Source: Clostridiales bacterium (GTDB lineage: Bacteria; Bacillota; Clostridia; Christensenellales; Borkfalkiaceae). Taken from it: a stretch of DNA of 64,000 nt. The position numbers were made by a program, and so were the translations under genes. The stretch spans positions 76 through 64,075 of the forward strand of contig SVHO01000005.1 of the NCBI GenBank assembly GCA_015055725.1, in the 5' to 3' direction. Positions 58,406 to 64,000 of this stretch are shown piece after piece. How positions within the stretch are numbered: the first letter of the stretch is position 1; each line of letters starts with the position of its first letter. The notes under the pieces are model-generated. The model was not told the DNA's origin. It searched no databases and saw nothing but the letters and a program-made list of their open reading frames with translations.

Positions 58406-60403
58406 TTAAACTTGCTTAAACGTGTTGTAAACCTTGGTTAAGGATTGAGCGGTGACAGGTTGACCACCAATCGTATCAATAAGAAGTGCTGCAGTACAAT
58501 CGAAGATTGTGATATTAACGTGCGTCACGTCTTTAAACTCAGTCCATGTGCCCGTGGTTTCTGTCCATTCAGAACTTACCGTTGAATCTTGCATACTAGT
58601 CGGGCAAAGATTTACTGCAGTAGGTGCTTTATTAATATCAGTAGTATATCTTAAGAACACTTCACTGTTGACAATCGATACACCCATCATTTCGTAAAAA
58701 TACTTATCTTCGTTCATAAGATATTGATTGCCGTTAGGGTGAATTAAGCTACCTATAGGTCTTTCAGAGTGGCCATAATCTGCCCAACCATAAGTCATAG
58801 TATATTTTCTGATTACAGAACCAGAAACGCCATATAGTTTAGACCATTTAGCAGGTCTCATACCCATATGCATATGAGCAAAATTGCTAGCATAAGTTTG
58901 ATTTTCTACTGAAAAATAAACGTACACGAAATTATTTGCATCATTAACGTCTTCAATCTTCATTTTAATATTTTTAGCAGACTTAGTGACGTTTTTATTT
59001 ACTGCAAAACGAATCAAATCAGTTGTTCCATCCGTTAAAGGAACGTTCTCAACAAACGTGTTAACAACAGGGCCAGCAGTTATTTCAATTGCATTTGTAG
59101 CGATATCGCTATCCGCAGAACCTTTTGCAACAAATTTAGAACATTCAACCACGTGTTCATAAGAATAAGTCACACCATAACTATCGGTATAATTGATAAG
59201 TACGGTTTCATCACCCATAGCGTTAGTTGCTTTTCCACCATTTCTTAAATAAATATAAGAAGCATGCCCATAATTAGAACCAGGCACTAACCAAGAAGTT
59301 TCATCATAATCTTTAACGGTGTATACTGTTTCTGCTTGAGCACTAGTGTTTTCATCGTCAGTCCAATAATTTAAGCCCCTCAAAGAAATAAATTGCCCTT
59401 TGCCAGAAGCATAATCTTTAGCAACAAAAGTTTCTAATTTAAAAGTCGGAACGGCATTGAGTTTCACGCCGTGACGTTTAATTGTTAAGTCACCTAAATC
59501 AATTTCTTTAGAGCCTATGGAAAACCCAAGTTCATACACACCTGATTTAAGGAAAGTATATTTGTTTTCTTCAGCATTAAATCCAATGCAGTCATAATCA
59601 ACAAGGTCATCTTTAGTTAAAACAAGTTTAACACCTGCTGTAAGAGTTTTGTTGTTGCTGGGGTTCTTAACGGTTGCGGTTGCAACAAACTCATCTCCAC
59701 GATACGCAACGCCGTTTTCAATTGCGTTGCCATCAACAGCCAAGTCTATGTCCGAATATTTCTCAGTCACACTGTCAACCACGTCAACGAGATAATCTTT
59801 AACTGCTTTTTGTGCGGGAATATCTTCTTCAAATTCAGCGGTTGCTAAATGCTTAGATGCAACTTCAAATATGTTCTTTTGTGAATATCCCTTTGCATAG
59901 AAATATTCGTTGCCAATTTTATAATACGCTTTTGCCGTAAATCCACGCGCAAAGTTGCTTTCTTTAATATTTATAAAAGACGCGCACAAAACGTATTCTG
60001 TTTCATCGCCGTCATCATCATAGTCGTTAAGGTCGATAACAGGGGTATTAACACCTTTAGCAAAATATTTTTGTGCGGGATTTTCTTCATCATATTCAGG
60101 CAAATCACTGTTGCCAAAGCGCAAATCTTCAACGTTGCTAATCCAATCGGTAGGAACTAAAATAATACCGAATTCAATACCATCAATATTTTTCAACTTA
60201 TCATAGTCATCTGAACCGATTGTTGCAGCAAATCTAATGCCGTTAGGCCCGCTTTGACGAACTTGAACGGCGCTTGCCATTTCAAAAGTTGTCACTTCGT
60301 TAGAAGCGTAAGCGTTGCCAACACCAAGCATTGCAATTGACATACAAAATGCGAAAACAAGCGTTAAAATAGTTAGCGAAATTTTTGTAAATCTTTTACT
60401 CAT
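58406..60403 (-). CDS. secreted protein of unknown function (665 aa from ATG 60403; 668 aa from the track ATG 60412)
   Basis: Signal peptide ends ...GVGNAYA-SNE. Beta-rich and Asp/Asn/Tyr-rich, with no catalytic motif recognised. AGGAG lies 11 nt before ATG 60403 and only 2 nt before ATG 60412, so the start is ambiguous. Confidence 0.7.
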   Translation of the reverse strand: MSKRFTKISLTILTLVFAFCMSIAMLGVGNAYASNEVTTFEMASAVQVRQSGPNGIRFAATIGSDDYDKLKNIDGIEFGIILVPTDWISNVEDLRFGNSDLPEYDEENPAQKYFAKGVNTPVIDLNDYDDDGDETEYVLCASFINIKESNFARGFTAKAYYKIGNEYFYAKGYSQKNIFEVASKHLATAEFEEDIPAQKAVKDYLVDVVDSVTEKYSDIDLAVDGNAIENGVAYRGDEFVATATVKNPSNNKTLTAGVKLVLTKDDLVDYDCIGFNAEENKYTFLKSGVYELGFSIGSKEIDLGDLTIKRHGVKLNAVPTFKLETFVAKDYASGKGQFISLRGLNYWTDDENTSAQAETVYTVKDYDETSWLVPGSNYGHASYIYLRNGGKATNAMGDETVLINYTDSYGVTYSYEHVVECSKFVAKGSADSDIATNAIEITAGPVVNTFVENVPLTDGTTDLIRFAVNKNVTKSAKNIKMKIEDVNDANNFVYVYFSVENQTYASNFAHMHMGMRPAKWSKLYGVSGSVIRKYTMTYGWADYGHSERPIGSLIHPNGNQYLMNEDKYFYEMMGVSIVNSEVFLRYTTDINKAPTAVNLCPTSMQDSTVSSEWTETTGTWTEFKDVTHVNITIFDCTAALLIDTIGGQPVTAQSLTKVYNTFKQV

Positions 60404-60452
60404 TTTTACCATTTCTCCTTTTTTTAGAGTATTGTTTTAAGCAAAGTCTTGC

Positions 60453-60572
60453 TTAGAACATTCCGTCTCCATCAGCGCCGAACACGTCACCAATTTGACC
60501 ACCGCTCATTGAGAGCACACATTCGTTTGCAAATTCATCAACTTGAATTTGTGGACTAACGTATAGTTTCAT
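60453..60572 (-). CDS. unannotated 39-aa peptide with a double-glycine-type leader pattern
   Basis: Not in the ORF track (under 60 aa). AAGGAGG RBS lies 7 nt before the ATG. Translation: MKLYVSPQIQVDEFANECVLSMSGG-QIGDVFGADGDGMF. It has its own promoter at 60636-60665 and is co-oriented with the secreted-protein gene 40 nt downstream. Confidence 0.55.
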   Translation of the reverse strand: MKLYVSPQIQVDEFANECVLSMSGGQIGDVFGADGDGMF

Positions 60573-60635
60573 ATTTAATCCTCCTTTATACCACCTACTC
60601 AATGATATACACAAAGTGTAATATACTACTGTAAT

Positions 60636-60665
60636 ATTTTACCCCCTGTTAACTAGTTTTGTCAA
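60636..60665 (-). promoter_or_regulatory. promoter of the peptide / secreted-protein unit
   Basis: Minus strand: TTGACA, 18-nt spacer, TAAAAT. This gives a leader of about 55 nt to ATG 60572. Confidence 0.55.
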
Positions 60666-60668
60666 TGC

Positions 60669-60716
60669 CAAAAATTACGATATTTTACCTATTCTATGTC
60701 AAAAATTACGATATTT
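60669..60716 (-). repeat. two 17-nt direct repeats (AAATATCGTAATTTTTG) spaced 31 bp apart and abutting the -35
   Basis: Plus-strand caaaaattacgatattt occurs at 60669-60685 and at 60700-60716, with identical copies. Each contains the imperfect palindrome AAAT..CG..ATTT. Confidence 0.8.
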
Positions 60717-60737
60717 AATTAAAGTACGACAAATAGC

Positions 60738-60769
60738 AAAAAACGCTTAATCTTTTTAGATTAAACGCT
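60738..60769 (-). terminator. intrinsic terminator after the YtxH-like gene
   Basis: Minus-strand RNA AGCGUUUAAUCU-AAAA-AGAUUAAGCGUU forms a 12-bp stem including two G-U pairs, followed by UUUUG. Confidence 0.65.
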
Positions 60770-60786
60770 CTTTGTTTTTTGATAAA

Positions 60787-60948
60787 TTACTTTTTATTGC
60801 TATTTGATTCCTTGCTTAACTCTTCAACTTTTTGCTTGACTTGTTCTTGCCCGTCTTTAACCATTTGTCTTGCCTTTGCCGAGTTGGTTGCGATAACCGC
60901 ACCACCGATTACGCCAAGGAGCATACCGCATAAAAATTTATCGTCCAT
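60787..60948 (-). CDS. small YtxH-like membrane-anchored protein
   Basis: ATG 60948 after a GGGGGAA RBS. 53 aa: MDDKFLCGMLLGVIGGAVIATNSAKARQMV... has a Gly-zipper helix and a charged helix. The track's N-terminal extension to 61017 is rejected. Confidence 0.55.
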   Translation of the reverse strand: MDDKFLCGMLLGVIGGAVIATNSAKARQMVKDGQEQVKQKVEELSKESNSNKK

Positions 60949-61057
60949 AATTCCCCCTTTACCCGCGTTATTATTATGCGCGCTTTTTGTCGAATTATAC
61001 GAAAAAAATAAAAGCACCGTTAAAAGCGCTTTTATCCGTTTTTATTTAATTTTTATT

Positions 61058-61450
61058 TTAGTCTTGGTCGGGTTCTAAACTTTGCGCTTCTTCAGCAAGT
61101 TCGTCCTCTTCCATAACTCTGCAGAATTCATCAAACACTTCGTCTAAAAGTGCGTCGTCTTCTACGGGAAGAAGGTCAGCAGTTTCTTCGTCGTCACCAG
61201 AAAGTTCAAATATAATAAGGTCGTCTTCTTCAATGCCGTCAATCTCTTCAGCAGGTTCAAATGCCGAATAATATTTACCCTTATATTCAATAGTTTTAAT
61301 AAAATAAAACTTTAATTTCTTTCCGTCTTCAGTGGTGAGTTCAACAATTTCGTCACAACCGCAATCACAATCGTGTTCTTCACAGCCACATTCACATTTA
61401 TGTTCGTGTTCTTCACAACCGCAGTTGCATTTCTTTTCTTTTTCGCTCAT
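61058..61450 (-). CDS. DUF1292 (UPF0473) family protein with a Cys/His-rich N-terminal extension
   Basis: The core ELTTEDGKKLKFYFIKTIEYKGKYYSAFEP...DDALLDEVFDEF fits the DUF1292 pattern. It is in the conserved position after ruvX. The N-terminus is KKCNCGCEEHEHKCECGCEEHDCDCGCDE. Confidence 0.75.
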   Translation of the reverse strand: MSEKEKKCNCGCEEHEHKCECGCEEHDCDCGCDEIVELTTEDGKKLKFYFIKTIEYKGKYYSAFEPAEEIDGIEEDDLIIFELSGDDEETADLLPVEDDALLDEVFDEFCRVMEEDELAEEAQSLEPDQD

Positions 61451-61462
61451 AATATTCTCCTT

Positions 61463-61888
61463 TTATTTATGCGTTTTGTTTTTATCGTTTAAAAATCCTT
61501 GTAGAATAGTTGCCGCTGCCAAACTGTCAACGAACTGTTTGCGCTCTTCCCTGCTTTTACCTTGGCTAATAAGCGTTTCTTCGGCTTCGCAAGTGGAACA
61601 CCTTTCGTCAACCGTGAAAACTTCAACGTTTAGGCGTTCTTTAAGTTTTTCGATAAAGAATTGCGCCTTTTGCGTTTGAACGGATGGCGTTCCGTCAAAA
61701 TTAACGGGCAAACCACACACCAACGCAGTTGCACTCTTTTCAGAAACGTATTTACAAATGCGTTCTAAATCCGTTTTCAAGTTTTTTCTATGATAAGTTT
61801 CCACTGGCAAAGAATAACTGTTAAACGGGTCCGAAACGGCAATCCCTATTCTTTTATCGCCTATATCTAAGCACAAAAATCTTTCCAC
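61463..61888 (-). CDS. ruvX: Holliday-junction-resolvase-like pre-16S rRNA nuclease (YqgF)
   Basis: 141 aa. FLCLDIGDKRIGIAVSD N-terminus and a DERCST motif. Confidence 0.9.
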   Translation of the reverse strand: MERFLCLDIGDKRIGIAVSDPFNSYSLPVETYHRKNLKTDLERICKYVSEKSATALVCGLPVNFDGTPSVQTQKAQFFIEKLKERLNVEVFTVDERCSTCEAEETLISQGKSREERKQFVDSLAAATILQGFLNDKNKTHK

Positions 61889-61965
61889 TTTTTTATTTTA
61901 CCACACTTTGCGTTTAAAATGCAAGGATTTTTCTAAATCACTTGGGTTTGTTCTTTTTTATACGC

Positions 61966-61990
61966 TAAAAGCCACTTGTTTGCAAGTGGC
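61966..61990 (-). terminator. intrinsic terminator after rpmF
   Basis: Minus strand: GCCACTTG-CAAA-CAAGTGGC followed by TTTTAGCG. Confidence 0.6.
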
Positions 61991-62027
61991 CTTAAACTTC
62001 TTTTATGAAACAAACTTTTTTGCGCAA

Positions 62028-62222
62028 TTAGTCTTTCTTTTCCTTTTTGGAAACGTCTATTACTTGCTTGCCGTCATAATAACCACATTTTGGGCAGACT
62101 TTGTGAGACGCTTTAAGCTCGTGGCATTGGGGGCATTCAGAAAGATTGGGGGTTTCCAACTTCCATTGTGCATATCTAGTATTTGTTCTTTGTTTAGACG
62201 TTTTACTTTTTTGTACTGCCAT
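62028..62222 (-). CDS. rpmF: 50S ribosomal protein L32
   Basis: 64 aa. MAVQKSKTSKQRTNTR... with a CPQC...CPKC zinc ribbon. Confidence 0.95.
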   Translation of the reverse strand: MAVQKSKTSKQRTNTRYAQWKLETPNLSECPQCHELKASHKVCPKCGYYDGKQVIDVSKKEKKD

Positions 62223-62240
62223 TTTACTGTACCTTCCCTA

Positions 62241-62681
62241 TTATTTTTTACATTTGCATTCGCCGTCGTTTAGGTTTGTTCCGCAACCTACGCATATCCC
62301 TTTACAATCTTCGTCACAAAGGAAACTGACGGGAATATTCATTGCTATCACGTCGTCAACGATTACGGATAAATCAACCGTGTCGTTTTTTAACGAATAA
62401 CCGTCTTCATTATCGTGTTCAAGCGCTTCGGCAAACTCTGCCAAAAACTCTTGCTCAGCATCTTTTAAACATCTCGTGCATTCGCCTCTTAATTTAAAGA
62501 CAACTTCGCCTTCTACGTAGCAACTATGCTCACCTGTTAGCGTCACCGTGCCGTTAACCTTAACCGCACCGTCTATCTCTGCCGACGGAATGTCAACGAG
62601 TTCTTTTTGCGGAAAATATTCAAAGAAAAAATCACTGCTATCTTTTCCACTTCTTTTAAGTTTTCTAAGGTCTAAAATCAT
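62241..62681 (-). CDS. yceD: DUF177 / YceD-family protein (large-subunit rRNA accumulation)
   Basis: C-terminal CDEDCKGICVGCGTNLNDGECKC motif and the conserved position upstream of rpmF. ATG 62681 is chosen because the track ATG at 62705 lies only 4 nt after the -10. Confidence 0.8.
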   Translation of the reverse strand: MILDLRKLKRSGKDSSDFFFEYFPQKELVDIPSAEIDGAVKVNGTVTLTGEHSCYVEGEVVFKLRGECTRCLKDAEQEFLAEFAEALEHDNEDGYSLKNDTVDLSVIVDDVIAMNIPVSFLCDEDCKGICVGCGTNLNDGECKCKK

Positions 62682-62708
62682 ATTATACCCAACCTTACAA
62701 GCCATACA

Positions 62709-62737
62709 AGTATATACTATTTATAGCCTATTGTCAA
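62709..62737 (-). promoter_or_regulatory. promoter of yceD-rpmF
   Basis: Minus strand: TTGACA, 17-nt spacer, TATACT. Confidence 0.6.
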
Positions 62738-62772
62738 CTTTTTTTACGCATTTTTATGCGGAAAAACTCAAA

Positions 62773-63969
62773 CTACTTGTTTTCGGTAAGCGTTTTTGTT
62801 TCCCTTGCGATAGAAAGTTCTTCGTTGGTGGGAAGAACGATAATTTTTACCTTGCTGTCTTCTGCGTTCAAATAGCCGATTCCAGAATCGTATTCTTCGT
62901 TCTTCTTTGCGTCGAATTTTGCACCGCAGAATTCCATTCCTTCCATAACTAAACCACGGATACGGGGTGAGTGTTCACCTATACCACCTGTAAACACAAC
63001 TGCGTCAACACCGCCCAAAACTGCAATATAACTTCCAACGTATTTTTTAACTCTGTAAGCAAGCATTTCAAGTGCGAGCAACGCTTTTTTGTCACCCTTT
63101 GCAACTGCTGCTTCTAAGTCTCTAAGGTCGCTTGAAATTCCACTAACGCCTAAAACACCGCATTTTTTGTTAAGGTAATTAACAACTTCTTCGGGTTTAA
63201 GGTTAAGTTTTTCTCTCAAATAATCAACTGCAGCGGGGTCAATATCACCACTACGTGTTCCCATAACCAAACCTTCAAGCGGTGTAAAGCCCATTGAAGT
63301 GTCTTGGCACTTGCCGTCTTTAACGGCAGAAATTGAAGAACCGTTTCCTAAGTGACAAATAACCATTTTTGCATTGGGGTTGCCGAGCAATTTGCCCGTT
63401 TCTTGACTAACGAATTTGTGTGAAGTTCCGTGGAAACCATACTTTCTAATCTTAAATTCATCATATACTTCGTAAGGTATGCCGTACATATATGCTTTTT
63501 GGGGCATCGTTGAGTGGAAAGTGGTGTCGAAAACGGCAACCATAGGAACGCCTTTCATAACTTCACGGCAACTCTTAATGCAAGCGATATTGCCAGGCAT
63601 ATGAAGTGGACCGAAAACAGCGTTCTTTTCACATATAGCGATAACTTCGTCATCAATAACCACTGAAGAGTGGAAATCTTCTGCAGAGTGAAGAACCCTG
63701 TGCCCTACTGCGCTTATTTCGTCAATACTTTTAAGTGCGCCGTTTTCTTTATCGAGCATAGCTTTAAGAACGAGTTCCATCGCTTCTTTGTGGGTAGGCA
63801 TATCTTGTTCTATAACGAGCTTCCTATCGTCGAAAGTTTTTTGAGTTAAAATACCGCCCTTAAAGGTTATGCGTTCGCAAACACCTTTTAAGATTACGCT
63901 TTCATCTTCCATATTGATGAGTTGGTATTTAAGTGAAGAACTACCTGCGTTAATAACTAAAATTTTCAT
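62773..63969 (-). CDS. ackA: acetate kinase
   Basis: 398 aa. MKILVINAGSSSLKYQL, GHRVLH, FDTTFH and HLGNGSS motifs. Confidence 0.95.
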   Translation of the reverse strand: MKILVINAGSSSLKYQLINMEDESVILKGVCERITFKGGILTQKTFDDRKLVIEQDMPTHKEAMELVLKAMLDKENGALKSIDEISAVGHRVLHSAEDFHSSVVIDDEVIAICEKNAVFGPLHMPGNIACIKSCREVMKGVPMVAVFDTTFHSTMPQKAYMYGIPYEVYDEFKIRKYGFHGTSHKFVSQETGKLLGNPNAKMVICHLGNGSSISAVKDGKCQDTSMGFTPLEGLVMGTRSGDIDPAAVDYLREKLNLKPEEVVNYLNKKCGVLGVSGISSDLRDLEAAVAKGDKKALLALEMLAYRVKKYVGSYIAVLGGVDAVVFTGGIGEHSPRIRGLVMEGMEFCGAKFDAKKNEEYDSGIGYLNAEDSKVKIIVLPTNEELSIARETKTLTENK

Positions 63970-64000
63970 TTTATAGACCTTTCCTTTTATGATTATTTTG

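Noticed and set aside
60453-60572. A lasso-peptide precursor interpretation of the 39-aa ORF (the YxxPxI-type leader start resembles Firmicute lasso leaders).
   Set aside because: There is no Thr at the penultimate leader position (the peptide has no Thr at all), and no lasso cyclase, leader peptidase or RRE gene lies within the window.

Overview
This is a 64-kb chromosomal window from a low-GC Gram-positive (Bacillota/Clostridia-like) genome. It holds about 57 protein genes, almost all on the minus strand. I found no rRNA, tRNA, CRISPR array, integrase or transposase. Coordinates 1-11.7 kb: a tightly coupled ten-gene purine/one-carbon operon (purE-purF-purM-FNT transporter-purN-purO-purH(AICARFT only)-purD-purL-fhs). 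It sits behind a sigma-A promoter and a leader that reads as a ZTP (pfl) riboswitch with a terminator expression platform. Coordinates 11.8-29 kb: housekeeping genes, namely trkH/trkA, an O-antigen-ligase-like gene, capD-like dehydratase, dxs, M29 aminopeptidase, rsmE, the ruvC-ruvA-ruvB-queA-tgt-yajC block and an MFS transporter. Coordinates 29.5-37.6 kb: an accessory-looking envelope sensing/resistance module. It has an OmpR-type regulator, an intramembrane-sensing kinase, two unknown membrane proteins, a tandemly duplicated ABC ATPase/ABC-2 permease pair and an HtrA-like lipoprotein protease. A shared 17-nt direct-repeat motif lies in front of both operons. Coordinates 38-44.6 kb: yebC, trmH-like, infC(AUU start)-rpmI-rplT with an L20-type leader, a membrane-anchored 4x DUF1508 protein, degV and a type-2 aspS. 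Coordinates 44.6-56.0 kb: the most unusual locus, one 11.4-kb operon for three giant secreted repeat proteins. They carry InlB-B and Listeria-Bacteroides repeats, near-identical 234-bp tandem repeats, two cohesin-like modules and a canonical dockerin, with no carbohydrate-active enzyme domains. This suggests a non-cellulosomal cohesin-dockerin surface assembly. Coordinates 56-64 kb: ppiB, an MFS transporter, then an unannotated 39-codon ORF. That ORF has a strong RBS, a double-glycine-type leader pattern and a promoter flanked by 17-nt direct repeats, and it lies upstream of a 665-aa (668 aa from the track ATG at 60412) secreted protein of unknown function. After it come a YtxH-like gene, a DUF1292 protein with a (CxCGC)x3 Cys/His-rich extension, ruvX, rpmF, yceD and ackA. 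All calls rest on reading motifs in the translations and the DNA; no database search was run.
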